A stretch of DNA of 64,000 nucleotides from Felis catus (Eukaryota). The notes beneath the pieces were generated by a model that made no database searches, was not told the origin of the DNA, and worked only from the letters and a program-made list of their open reading frames with translations. The position numbers were made by a program, and so were the translations under genes. The stretch spans positions 129,334,001 through 129,398,000 of the forward strand of contig NC_058368.1 in the NCBI RefSeq assembly GCF_018350175.1. Direction: 5' to 3'. The first letter of the stretch is position 1. Each line of letters starts with the position of its first letter. This document shows, in pieces, positions 23,059 through 36,098 of this stretch.

Positions 23059-26000
23059 GAAACGTATGTATCAAACTAAGTAAATGAAGCATGAAATGAA
23101 GAGCAAATCGAGCTGTAAGGCATAAAGGAATTTAGTGGAAACCTCCACCATCCTGAGTGAGCCCCTTACGCCTAGAGAAGCTTACCACAAAGTCAGACGA
23201 GCTTCCCAAGTACAACCTACCTTAAAAGGCCTGTTTGTCCCATGTTTTTCCCAACCTGTGCACGTCAGTACCTGAAATTCCTACCAGTATCCTCCTTCCT
23301 GCGGAGCCACTGGAAGCAGGGCCTTTTCAACAGAGTGTGTGTTTCATGCTACCTAATTAGCTAATGCCTTTCTTTATTTACACCGGTGGCTCCTAACCTT
23401 TCCTCCCGGGAACCCTAAATTATACACCAGGGAGATTCTGTGACTCAAAGGTTCAAAAGTAACTCATATTTTTTCAAGCGATGAGTTTGCATGTCAGGAT
23501 AATTAGGAGAACCCCCAAAACAGCACTTAAACCTTGGGTGGCACTTACTCCTCGCCCAGTCCTTCTATCTCTAATGCCCTCTTCTGTCCCTTCATCCACT
23601 CACTTGGAAGCAAAGACAGACCATTGTGACTGTGACTGCCTTCTTTGACCCTGGCCTCATGTTGCTGTGATCCCACGGCTGAATTTTCCTTCCAGCTCTT
23701 TCATGCCTGTCCAACCCCTCCAATCCGTATCATTTATTGTACTGTTTTTTTTTTTTTTTTTTCTGGAAAGTCACTCAAATGGTTCTTTATGATCTACTGT
23801 GTAAATCTTTAGAAGTGCTGCTTTCCATGCTGTCCTGGGTAGCTTTGCAGAGTGATTTGTTGAGCATGATCTATCTATACGGGCCCACAGCCACTGTGCC
23901 AAGATTGGTGTGTGGGAATAATAGATAGGACTGGTAAATGTAGAGTGTAGGGAGGACATGGGGTTGAAACCAGGAACAGGAGGGTGCCAGGTCCTGATAG
24001 GGGTGCTGATAGGCTGGAGTACAGGCTGTTGGAGGTCATATGGAGACCCTGCCTACTGTTTTGAAGAAGGACTTCAAGTCTGTCTGCAGGACTTCCTCTT
24101 TGTCCTCTGTCTCAGCAGTTCAGAAGCATGCCGTGAGGCTCTGGACACCCCTCTTCCGGGCAGTCTATCCTTCGAGGAGCCTGGAATCCACACATGTCTT
24201 GTTTCCACACAGAGGAAACAATTCAGATTTAAGTTAAGCTTTTAACTTAATGATGCGCTAATCTGTGCATCTTGAAGGGGACAGCGTGGAGCCTTGCCTT
24301 TGCTCTTGTATCTATATCCTGGTGCAGTCACACACACAGGCCTCATTTGTGAAGATGTCTCTGAAATGTATTCACTGAAGATAATTATAGAGGTCTAACA
24401 CTTCTGCTCTTCAATTAATGCTATAAAATTAATGGTCCTTCATTTTTACATCCTATGCAAATGATAGTGTCATCTCCAACTGTAAGCCTCTCTACTCGCA
24501 CACTGAATATGATTAGTGTCCCTTTAAGCTGAATTAGAGCATGTGACCTTCTGGGCTATGGCAGGAGTGAAACCTTCGCACGCTATTTCCAAGGTTTCTT
24601 TATGATATGTTCTTAAAAAGCAGAAATTCAGACTTGACACCAAAACATGTTTCAGTGACTGATCCTTTGGGGCTGTGGCCTTAGGAGAGGGCAGACAGGA
24701 CCTGGAGAACAGCCCATAAATCTCCTGTTTTCAGCCTGAGATTTGCCAGGCTCCATAATCAGCACATTTCCAAACAAAGGACCGATAGATTCCTGTAAGA
24801 TAATGAGACAGGTATAATGGAAATGCAGTGGTACTCAAATATTGTACCCATTAGAATATCCTTTTGCAAATAGACCCAGGGGAATGCTTGGCCAGGGAGT
24901 AGATGTATTTTCTTGCCGACAAGTTCTGAGAACTAACAAAAATGGCTGGTACCGTAGCTCAGAAAGGGAGCAATTAAGATTATTTTATTTCGAAGACTGG
25001 AGCAACAAAAACTTAGGACTTGGTGGCTGCTGACAAGGATGGTGACATGTTTCAGGAATCACAGTGCGTGCATATCCATTCCATGAGATGTGCTCCTGCA
25101 CTGCAGGCAGTTCGCAGGAGCTGAAGATAGTGGAGAGCTCGAGTGTCCTCACACCCACAGTCTGTATCCTCACTCTGCTTTGGAGAGTTTTGTCAAATAA
25201 TGGGATTCCAGCTAGTAGTTGAATGGTAGGGAAGAGGCCTGGGGACTGAGGAAAGAGATAGAAGGGACATGAGAAAAGGAGAACATAAAGAACCTTGACC
25301 AGAGGAATTGAATCATAGGCTGATGAATTTTGAGGTCTCTGGCAGCCAGGATCGCTTGGATCGATAGATGCACTCCTGAAGCCAAGTTCAAAGTCATTCA
25401 TCCTTTGTGATCTGCTGAATTGCGTGAGAGACAAATATTCAGAGAATTTTTGTCTCTGAGGCAAGAGAGAATTCCTTGGCCACAGGAACCCTGACTGTGA
25501 GTTGAGAAAACTCAGAAGCCTGCAAGAAGCAGGTTTAAATAGTGTACCTGTAGCCGCAGGTTCACCTGGTGGGTAATGGGAGTTGAGTGTAGGGAAACTG
25601 CTGAGTTTTGCAGGAGGGATGTTGCATGTCAGTGAAATAAAAAGTTGGCAGTGTGGGTGGCATCACTTTGCACAACCATGTTGCTGGTTTGTGCACAGCT
25701 GTGGCTGTACCAGGTAAGCAGCCTTCCTGGTGTCCTGCTCCTTCAGAGTAAGCCTTTCAGGGAGATGCCCCAACACATGGTTATGGATCTGTAGGATGAA
25801 CATGGGGGCTGTATCAGAAATAGGAACTGACTTTTGTGTGTATAATGAGGGAGAGAAAATCATATTCACCAGAATTCCTCTTAGAGCTCTGAATATATTC
25901 GAATGAAGAAATATTTTAATAAGCCACTTGGGGTGGAGGGTGAGACCCAAGAGTATCGTCAAGCTAGAGAAGTTATTATTAAACTGCTCTGCATGTGATA

Positions 26001-26420
26001 AGGAGAGGAATTTGTCAAAATCATAAGAGGGAAGAGGAGAGAAAAGTGAGGGGAAATTGGGGGGTGTTGGTGAGAGGTGGTGCCCTATGTGAGGAGAACC
26101 CCTCTTCATGGCTCTGACTCCAGCCCCAACTTTTAAATAAAGTGAGGAAGCTCTTCATGGTTTTTTTTTTTTTTTTTTTGAAGATCCCTGAAGGAGCTGA
26201 GTTTTGGGTCTGGTTAAAGTGGGTGAAATAGAGGCAGCACCCATGAGTGTGAGCCTCAGTGGGGAGGAGCCCACTAGAGTGTTAATTCTGGGCAATCCTA
26301 GGATCACAGCACAAACATTGGATTTGAATGGGTGGTAGAATTGGTTTTGAATCAGGTTCCTCTTACTTGTCCAAAGGCAGGGCAAGTGGGAGTGTGGGCA
26401 GCTGAAATCTAGGTTATGAG

Positions 26421-26460
<40 letters not shown>

Positions 26461-26497
26461 GTATACATATACATATATACATATACATACATATATG
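26421..26497. repeat. (CA)n plus TA-rich compound microsatellite
   Basis: Seen directly. Confidence 0.95.
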
Positions 26498-26594
26498 ACC
26501 ATAAAGCAACTGGAATATCTGAAGATGCCAGTTATTAGTATATTTTGTATGAGACATGCTGTTTAAAATAAAAGGAAATATTATAGAATCTAAT

Positions 26595-26990
26595 GAACTT
26601 GGAGATAGGGTCTTTACAGAGGAAATTAAGGTAAAATGAGGTCATATGGGCAGACTATAATCCATGTAATTTACTTGGGAGGTAGGGCTTTCAAAGAGGT
26701 AATTCAGTTAATCTAAGGCCATTAGCGTGGCTCCTTGATCCTGTATCACTGGTGTCCTTATAAGAAGAAATATCAATGTCAGGCAGCCAGGCACAGAGGA
26801 AAGACCTTGGGAAGAGGCAGCAAGAGGGGGCTGTCTGTAAGATTAGGAGAGAGTCCTCACAGGAAACCAACCCTGCTGGCATCTTGGTCTTGAATGTCCA
26901 GCCTCCAGAACTATGGGAAAATAAATGTCTGTTGTTGATGGCACCCACTCTGTGGTATTTTGTTTTGGGAGCCCAAGCAGACTAATCACA
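26595..26990 (+). mobile_element. MaLR LTR (MLT1A/B-like) with duplicated 5' segment
   Basis: actggtgtccttataagaagaaa...ccagcctccagaactatgggaaaataaatgtctgttg...gcagactaatcaca. Confidence 0.8.
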
Positions 26991-27296
26991 GAAGGGAATG
27001 AACCAATACTTGATTAACCTGCTCAAATGAATCCCCAGCTCTTCTCCCCAGCAAGCATCTCACTCTGCTTGCAGACCCCGCCTTCTTTCTCCCCTTGCTT
27101 TCATTGCTTCTGGAACAGTCTGCTTCACGTTGTGAGACTCGGGTCCTGGTGATTGTACATCGGCCAAAAAGATGGGGAGAAGCACCCCCTAACTTGTGGA
27201 GGGTGGGCATTCTGTGAGGCCACTCTGGGTCTTCCACCTGTCTACCTCTCGGCCTGCCTTTGTCTTCTGTGGACGCGAATAATGAAACACTGAGGA

Positions 27297-27358
27297 TTGG
27301 CAATAAACTTCATATATTGAAAAAAAAAAGAATATCAAATGTCTTTCACACAAAAAAA
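27297..27358 (+). mobile_element. Ultra-short feline L1 3'-end insertion with putative 3' transduction
   Basis: ttggcaataaacttcatatattg + A10 + 22 nt + A7 between gaaacactgagga (27284-27296) and gaaactctgagga (27359-27371). Confidence 0.65.
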
Positions 27359-30334
27359 GAAACTCTGAGGAGGGAGGGGCATTTTTTTAAATGATAATAA
27401 CGAGTAAACTACTCAAGAAATTACACAATACATAGGAGGCTGTAATTCTGCTTTTCATCTCTCCTAAAAGAGAAACTTTGTCCCAATACTTAAAGCATTT
27501 ATTATATCTTAAAAGCACACTCTTATTTCTGGTTCAGAGACTTGCTGTGGCGTTTATAATTATATCCTGTAGACAACATTGTTAAAAATTTGGGTTTTTT
27601 TTAAAAAGTGATTTTTAAAAAAAAAATGTAATTACCTATTAATTCTCCCAAAGTGGTGTGATTTGCCTTTTTTTTTTTTGTCATAACTCATCCTAAACAA
27701 CCCATTTTTAAAGAAAAACTCCGAAGTAACACATGGGTGCCTTGGCCTTGGCGTAGTTAAACTGCAACACATGGTGATTTCTGCAGGAACATTAAACTGA
27801 AGTCATAACAATGGGTAATATTTTAATATAATGGAAAATGATCATTAACTTTTCTCGACAGGAAGGAAATGAATTTTCCTCCTTGTACACATTCTGAGGA
27901 AAGTAGGTATGAGAACATTTCAAAGGCTGTTCTAGCCAACCGGAATAGGCTGCAAGAATCCTACTGACAATAGCTTTACAGAGTCTGGTGTCAGCAAACA
28001 ACCGATAGAGCTTGAGAGGAAAAGAACGTGGTTCAATAGGTGTAAAGAAATAGGTGTAAATGAACTTGAGATTTTAGAGTATGATTGTTCTTGCACAGAG
28101 TCAAGTACCTTTCCCAGGAGTCTTTCTCAAATCTCAGGTGAATCACTATTTTTATCATGTTTTCTCCCCCACCCACTCATAGCAGATAGACTATTAAACT
28201 TCCATAGGCCCATTTCAACTTAAAATGGTGCCCAGTAATATGCTAAGTATGCCTTTATTGAATGTTCTGTGTAAGTCACCAGTGCTTCAAGGTATTTTTG
28301 TGAGATATCTCGGACTAAGGTATAAATTATGTTTTCAGAAGTCGTGAGTCTCAAAAGTTGTCTTGGCTACAATTTTGATTTTGTCCCGGTCCCTCAGGCC
28401 ACCACCCCTCAGTAATTCTCACCTTTTCCCACCTCTGGTAACCTCTGTGTCTTTTTCATTTTTGTCTGTCGCCATAGTCCTTAGCTTCCCAAATACAAAC
28501 TGTCAAGAATAGATAAACACTCGAGGATTCTCCTCCCAACATTTACATCCAAGTCAAAACAAAAGGGAACAGAAGCCAGATTCATGAATTCATCGATGAA
28601 ACATCAATGAGGGAAATACAAAGAAAGCAGACTGATTCTTAACCCATCAAGACAAGGTAACCAATTGATTCAGTCTTGCCATTTCACTGTTTTTGGAGAC
28701 CATGGACACACACCTCTGAGGGTTTCCCCTTGCATCCCACATTGCTTGTCTTACTGGTTTGTGGGTGGGTGTGTACCTTCTGGCTGTTCACTATTACAGA
28801 AATGGCGATCTGGCACTTGATCCCCTCCCCCACCATCACAAAGCAGCTGGTTGTTACACAGACAGGGATCCGCTCACCACCCACCTCACCCACTTTAACA
28901 ACTGTTGGCACGGCAGTCTGCAGCGACTGTCGCAGATGTACGCTCCTTCCCCACGATGCCGCCCCCCACAGCAGTTCCCTCGCATGATGACCCCTGTTTG
29001 TAGCTGGCAGGACTTGTCTGCAACTTGCATCATTAAGAAAAACCTTTTCACGCCTCTCCAGGTTGTCATAACAGATCAAATTTTTGCCTACTACATGACT
29101 CCCCTCCCCATCCTCCTGACGCCCATTGAGGCCCTGGGAAAGGAATTTCTGCTGGAAGTACTCCTACTCTCAGTGCTTGTGAATCTTTGGCAAACTCTGC
29201 GATGGCCCTGTCCTTCCTCTCCCCAGTCCCTTCCTCCTCGTGGGCATAAAGAACTGGCAGAGAACCGCATTCCTGCCCTCCTGTCACCGGGCTGGGCTGT
29301 TCCTAGCTGTGCTATGCTCCCGTCAGGCTTGGGGTCCTCACAGTCTGGCAACAGAGTTCTTCTGTGAGCAATTCTGGAGGGGCATAGGGCTTTAGTGATC
29401 AACAGAGGAATGACAACATTTTTAAAAATCCCATGTCGAAATCGGCAAAATCAACCAAACAGCAAACAGAAACAAAACAGAAACAGGTTTTTAAAAATGA
29501 AAGTCTGACTTGAGTCTCGACTATCAGGATTCTGATGGATTCAGTACCCAGTGATAGTCCATGAAATAATTTTGTCTGCTCTACTTCTCACCCTCTCTGT
29601 ATCCTTGCATTCTTCCTCCCCATACCCTTTTCGTCAGGGTCTTAAGCCCTTATAATGAAAAGTAAAATCAGGATGGAGTTGGAGAGGTCTGGGAAAGGAC
29701 GGAGAAGCCAGTAAACATCAAAATCAAAATGTCTTTCCATCTTTTCCTCTTACTTGCTACTTTGCCCAAATGAAGGAGATCTTCCTTCAGTCCCTCCCTT
29801 ACTAGCCAGGGCCACCATGAGACACTGGGTCTTAATTTTTCCCTCTATTTGAAGCTTAGTTTTTTTTTTTAATTAATATACTAATACAGGGAGATGTCTA
29901 GAAATAGAAAATACTAGAAAGAAGGTTGGGGCATGACAGTGCTGTTCTTGGGACAGTGAGGTAAAATAGAGAACCTGAAGTCAGTAACGGCCTCCAGGTA
30001 GGTCCTTGTAATAAAGGACTGTCCCCTATGCCCACTATAGATGCTTAGTGGTAAGGACAACAAGGACAAACCCAATGTGTTGGCTGCTGATGTTCATTCA
30101 GTCCTCACTTCTGCTCACAGTGCTTCCTGGCAGTCATCCGTGGCGCCATATGCTTTGGGGAGGTGGGAATGCTGAATGTTGAATGCTGTGGTAATGGGGA
30201 ATTGAGTCTTACTGCTTCATAAGATTCCGGGTAGCAGAATTGTTCTGAAAAAGAACGTGTCCCTGTAGGTGTGTGATGGGAGTCTCAGGACAGGATGGAA
30301 CTTCAGGGAGTCTCTCCTCTATACTGTTAGTTAT

Positions 30335-30440
30335 ATGGGCGAGGAAATGAAGGTCCAGAGAGGCAAAGCAACTTGCCCAAAGTCACATCGGTGGTTAGTG
30401 CTTAGGTACAGCTTTAGAATTCACATCTGGAACTCCTGAT
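30335..30440 (-). mobile_element. MIR
   Basis: gaggaaatgaaggtccagagaggcaaagcaacttgcccaaagtcaca core. Confidence 0.65.
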
Positions 30441-31204
30441 TTCTCACGTCCTCAAGACCAATGCACCACTCGTGAACCTCAGGCTTCAGGCCACACCCTG
30501 TGACTTTAAGAGTGACCCTAAAGGTACTGATGCTTCCCATATTTTTAGCCAGTAAGGCATCAAGAATGTTTTTTGCTGTCTTATACCAAGCAATTAATAG
30601 GAAAACACGAAGAAGTAATATAAAGAAAGAAATGTGGCTTTCTAGTCAAAATCAGTAGCAGCTCTGCATAGACCATGGCTTATGCTCTTGGAACCTTGGT
30701 GTCCTAGTCTGGAGATCATTGTCATACTTAGGATACCACCTCTTGTGAACATGCACGGTAACAGATGCAGAGAATCAAGCAGAGAGACTGGCATATAGTA
30801 AATACCTAATGACAGTTATTTTAGCAGGAAGTAAGTGTCCTCTAAAATCCCACAGTAAGCCCTGAGCCCAAGAAGTTAGGTCACTGGGACAGAAGCCTGG
30901 AGTATTTGTGGCACAGGAAGAAGTCTTGTCACATCAAGGTCCCTTCAACTGCTGTTAAAGCCCAGGCAATTAAAATTCCTAGACCAAGGGCACTTGTGTA
31001 TGGACATATGTATTGGAATAACTTTTTTCTGATGAGATGATTTACCAAAAAAAGCATCTAAGAAAATCAGTCTCTGAAGTGGTATCTAAAGGAGGAAAAA
31101 GTGATTTTAGAACATTCCAGTGATGTATGGATGCCTGGTGAAATAAAAAGAGAGAAATAGGCTTGAATGAGAAAAGAATTAACAGGAAAAAATGTTTTAG
31201 AAAG

Positions 31205-31370
31205 AACTCGAAGTCAGAAGAGGGAGAATCAAATCTTAACTTTGCCCTAATTGCTGTGTGACTTCAGAAAAGTCCTTTAACTCCTCTGTGTTTCAGTCTT
31301 CTCATCCGTTAAGTGAAAATAAAATTAAAGGCCTCATAGTGTTACAGAGATAATGTATAAGGAACTCTTT
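31205..31370 (+). mobile_element. MIR
   Basis: gctgtgtgacttcagaaaagtcctttaactcctctgtgtttcagtcttctcatc core. Confidence 0.65.
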
Positions 31371-31431
31371 TAACGAAATAAAATGTATACACTTATTCAT
31401 TTTAAGTATATAACAAAGATAGTTATTCAGA

Positions 31432-31659
31432 TTTTTTTTTAATTAAAATAATTTTTTTAAATGTTCATTTTTTTTTGAAAGAGAGCCAGTGCATGAGCAA
31501 GGGAGGGACAAAGAGAAAGGGAGACATAGAATCCAAAGCAGACTCCAGGTTCTCTACACTGTTAGCACCGAGACCGACGCTGGGCTCAAACCCAAGAACC
31601 CTGAGATCATGAGCCAAGCCAAAGTCCGATGCTTAATCAGCTGAGCCACCCAGGTGCCC
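31432..31659 (-). mobile_element. Carnivore (feline) SINE
   Basis: Full SINE body; imperfect TSD agttattcagattt / agttactcatattt. Confidence 0.95.
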
Positions 31660-32190
31660 GAAAAGTTACTCATATTTGATTAGGTTTCAGAATTGGCTTT
31701 TTTTTTTTCTTATAGAGCAAGGTAGGAATTAAAAAGAAATAAGACTTGTGGTTCTGATTGATGTGAGCTTAGTTTCTTCTAATGCAATCCTGCCCTTGAG
31801 CAGTGTACTGTTTCACACATGCCTGTCTGAACCATCTGACTTGCGTTTGCCTCATGCTTAAGACCCAGCCCCAGAGAGGGGACGATTCGCAGGAGGTGGA
31901 GGGAAGGTCAGTTCAAGTGGCAATTCCTGGAGTGTGGAGAGGGCACAGCCTACTTTTCTCCATAGACCCCTCCTCAGAGCTACAGTAAAGATTGGGCACC
32001 CCACGGAATGGGGAAGGAAGATGAAAGGGGAGGAAGAATGTTTTCTGAAAATATAGCCGCTCTTTTGGAATATAGAGAGCAGGTGATCTTTATTTTGAAT
32101 TGTCTTTCCCATCCTGGAATGTGCCCCCATTGCCCCGGATAAAGGTAGGCAACCTTGTTCCTATCTCTGTGTGCATATGAGCACACATGC

Positions 32191-32194
<4 letters not shown>

Positions 32195-32233
<39 letters not shown>
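32195..32233. repeat. (CA)n microsatellite
   Basis: Seen directly. Confidence 0.95.
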
Positions 32234-32235
<2 letters not shown>

Positions 32236-32375
32236 CAACACAGCTCACAGGTCCTGCAACATATCTTTGCCCCGGTGTGTGCATCCTAGAACAAGTCCCA
32301 CTCATACACCTGAAGCCCAGCCAGGATGTGAGCTCTGCTTCCACTGGCAGCATCCCTAAAGAGTGATTTTCATTT

Positions 32376-32552
32376 GGGGGTGCCTGGGTGGCTCAGTCGG
32401 TTAAACATTTGACTTTGGCTCAGATCATGATCTCACAGTTCATAGGTTGGAGCCCCACATCAGGCTCTCTGCTGTCAGCAAGGAGCCTGCTTTCTGTCTC
32501 CCTCTCTCTCTGCCTCTTCTCTCTCTCTTTCTCAAAAATAAACATTAAAAAA
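32376..32552 (+). mobile_element. Carnivore (feline) SINE
   Basis: ggggtgcctgggtggctcagtcggttaa start; TSD agtgattttcattt / agtgatttttattt. Confidence 0.95.
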
Positions 32553-33556
32553 AGTGATTTTTATTTTGCAGCTGGTCTAATAAAGAGGGTCAAATTGCCA
32601 ACATCATAACAGACTTATTCCTTGATTAGAATTATTTGAAGTTGTACTCTTGATGATCCAGGCACCCAGATACTCAAAGCCAGGGAAGACAAGGCAAGTA
32701 ATTAAAATACATAAAGCAGAGGAGGCAATTACTGGCATACATCATGACCGATAAAACAACAATTTAAAAAGGCAAGCTTCTCTACACCCTGAGGCTAGAA
32801 AACTCTGAGTCTCTGTCACATTTGGGAGACACAAAAAATTCCTTAGGCAAGTGCACGGAGACCCGCCAGGCTGCCACATCCTTGCCACACAGTTTGGACA
32901 CTTTTAACAAGGCCCTGAAATTGTTGTCCACAACAACAACACTGTGTGTTCTTTGGGTAGTAGCTCGTCTTAAAGACCTAATTCTCAAACTTTTCTTTCC
33001 CAAACATATATAAACATGGTGCTTATAAGCCTGATAGACTCCCAAGGAAATACACAGGTTTCTATTTTAAGAAGTTAAGAATTAGGAAAGGTTAATCTCT
33101 GTGATTATTAATAGCTGCCAGAGATTAAGGGTACATTACTAATGGTTGCTCTCCTACTGGCTTGTGCCACAGTGGGCGGACTGAAGGCTGCCCACCACCA
33201 TTCAGGATTCCTGATGCTGTACCACAGAAGAAAGAATATTCCAGCGCTAGCCAGAAAGAGGGTAGTTATTACAGGGACAAACTTGAATCTGTCTCGAGTT
33301 GTAAAAATAAAGTTGATCCTTTAAGAAAGTATACTTAAGCTACTAGAAACAAATTTCTTGACACAGACTTCAAAACTGGTTGAAAGCTCCCTGTGTGACA
33401 AACAGTAGAGGTTAAGGACCACTTTTCCAAGGTAGTTCCTAAGGGCTTCTTGGCCCACACCCAGTGTTATGAGTCCTTGTGGAAGTAGAGGGACCCTTGG
33501 CCTGAGGGTACAGCCCAGGACCATCAGCCCTCTGGCCCTTATTGAAAAAAAAAATA

Positions 33557-33760
33557 TTTTAAGGTTTATTTTTGAGAGAGAGGGAGACACAGAGCCTGCG
33601 CAGGAGAGGGGCAGCGAGAGAGGGAGACACAGGACCCGAAGCAGGGTCCAGGCTCTGAGCTGTTAGCACAGAGCCCAATGCAGGACTCAAACCCACAAAC
33701 TGTGAGATCAGGACCTGAGCCAAAGTCAGATGCTTAACTGACTGAGCCACCCAGGCACCG
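33557..33760 (-). mobile_element. Carnivore (feline) SINE
   Basis: Full body; flanking repeat ccctctggcccttatt / ccctctggctcttaat. Confidence 0.95.
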
Positions 33761-34384
33761 CTGACCCTCTGGCTCTTAATACTGAGTGTCCACTGTGGGC
33801 AGGGTCTTGTGCTCTTTGGTGTGAGGAAAGAGACCTACAAATGGAAATAAGAGGCTTAATTTTTGTTGTGAAAGTACTGATGATCAAGATGGGCAGGACA
33901 AACACAAAAGACCATTCCCAGTTAGTGTAAGGACTGTTGTCAATGCTGCCTCCTCTTGTGTGATACTGTCTACTTCTGTGTCCCAGGACTTAGCAGAATC
34001 CCCAGCATTTCAGCATGGTTGCATTTAAGGCAAAATGAGAAGAAAACCAAACACTAGAAATGAAATGCACCTAGTGTTTAGGAGACAAAGGAGTCAGTTA
34101 TGTGGCTGCTGGTAGCTTGCGTGAGGTTAATTTGGCAAAGGACAGAGGAGGATAGGGGATGGCCTTCTTTAGTGGAAAATAGGCATAGAGACACAAATGG
34201 AGGAATTTTGAAGGGGAAAAACACAAAGATGGCTTTAGCAAATGGCCCTTGGCTGAGAGTACAGAGGTCTCCAATTTTAGATATGTCATATTTCTGGAAA
34301 CCCTATGAGAAAGCAGATCACCTTCCAGCTGGTTCCTGACGGACAGCATGCCCTCTACACCCTTTGCCCATGTGTACATTGGCC

Positions 34385-34439
34385 AGAGAGAGGGAGGGAA
34401 GGAAGGAAGGGAGGGAGGGAGGGAGGGAGGGAGGGAGAG
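34385..34439 (+). repeat. Polypurine (GGAA)/(GGGA)n tract
   Basis: 55 nt purine-only, including (GGGA)7 at 34409-34436. Confidence 0.95.
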
Positions 34440-35558
34440 CTCTTTGTGGAGAGAAACAACGCTTGGGATGTTGCGACCGTTCGTGGGGGAAAGAAAGGTG
34501 TTGCCTGAAATGAGAACCGGGAGTCCTTAGAAGGGGACTCGGGTGATGCGCAGGCCCAATAAGGCCTTCCGGAACATTCTCACTGGAGGAGGGGCTGCCA
34601 TCTGCAGGCTTAGGAGCGTTCCTGTGGCTGAACACCTGGCCTAACCCTAACACGTCCCTTTAGGGCCTTTAGGCAGAAATAAGCAGGAAAAGATTAAGAA
34701 ATGTGTGTTTTCACAAAAGGAAAAGCAGAGGCTTGACTTGGGGACATGTCTAAATGCTGTGTGGTGCCCACATCTCCACCACTAGCCCAGAAATTGACCT
34801 CGTCTGAAGCCCTTACCTTTATGTTGATTACTCCCTTTCCTAGGGAAGATTCTGGATTTTGAGTGGGGTGCTCGGCTGCCAGGTATGCTTTTGCTCTGTA
34901 AACTTCCCAGATGCTGACCAGAGAATGGAGTGGGAGTCCCCCAGGGCCTAGAAGGGAAGCCCGAGAACAGCGTACAGATACATTTTCTACAATTTAAATG
35001 AGACCCATTTCTCAGCCAGCTCACACTCATGAATCCTGCAAGTTTGTTCTTTCTGATTTTAAGATGCCTGAACCTGTGACTAAAAGAAAATGGGTCAAAT
35101 CCCATCCTAACAAATCTCAGGGGATATTCTAATTCTTTGGTAGCCCTTCACGTTGCTTACATTGGGTATTTGCCTAAAGGAAGTAGGGCTTGGAAAACAT
35201 CTGGTTCTACAGATTTTTGGAGGAGATTCGATGCAATTTGTTGGTAATAGGATTTGATCTGTACTAAATCTGAATGTCTGTGTTATTTCAGTGGATTTAA
35301 TGAAGTTTTGTTTGTTGTTGAGATAGATGCAGTATCACCTCTCATCCTGTTTTCTGTGGACTCCAGGTGGAAACCATCAGGCAGGCTGATAATAATAGTC
35401 TGCTTCTTAAGGACGCATTACTTTGTCAAGGAGTTCAAATATGATCTCATTAATATCTTACCTTGGGGAAAGCTGAAGGGAGAGGAGATGAGTTGTTCTA
35501 AAATAAAAACACATGTGAAAGCAGCCATGAAATAAGGACCGGCCTCCCTAATGCTACT

Positions 35559-36098
35559 TGTGGCGGTTAGTTTCCAAAGATGGCTCCCCCTCCATGAATC
35601 TCACCTCCCATTATTCATGCTTTGTGTACTCCTCTTTGCTTGAATCTGGCATGTTCTATGACTTGCTTTTAACCAGTGAAATATGGCTGAAGTGACACTG
35701 TGTGACTCCTGAAGTTTGTGCCTAAGAAGTCTTGCCTCTTCTTTCGGGATCTCTTGGAACATTCATTCTTGGGACACTCCCCCTTAGAACCCAGCTGCCA
35801 TATAGCTAGAAACCCAAGAGGAGAGGATGCACACAGGTGCTCCAGTGGACAACCCCAACTGAACTCCGAGCCAGCATCAGCTGCCAGCCTTGGGAATGAG
35901 CTGCCTTGGACGTCGGCCCAAGTGAGCCTTCAGACAACTCCAACCTCAGCTACCCTCTGACTGCAACTGGATGAGATAGTCTAAGTGAATACCACCCACC
36001 CCCCACAAGCCTTGTTAACCTACAGAACTCTCAGGCGAGTTAATACCTTTCAACCACTAAGCTTTGGGATGGTTACACAGACACAGCTAACCAGAACA
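35559..36098 (+). mobile_element. MaLR solo LTR (MLT1F/G-like), apparently full length
   Basis: TG...CA ends: tgtggcggttagtttccaaagatggc ... ccactaagctttgggatggttac...ctaaccagaaca. Confidence 0.8.

Noticed and set aside
28684..29402. Overlapping 100-200 aa ORFs on both strands
   Set aside because: Locally higher GC lowers stop frequency; no recognisable protein or convincing exon structure
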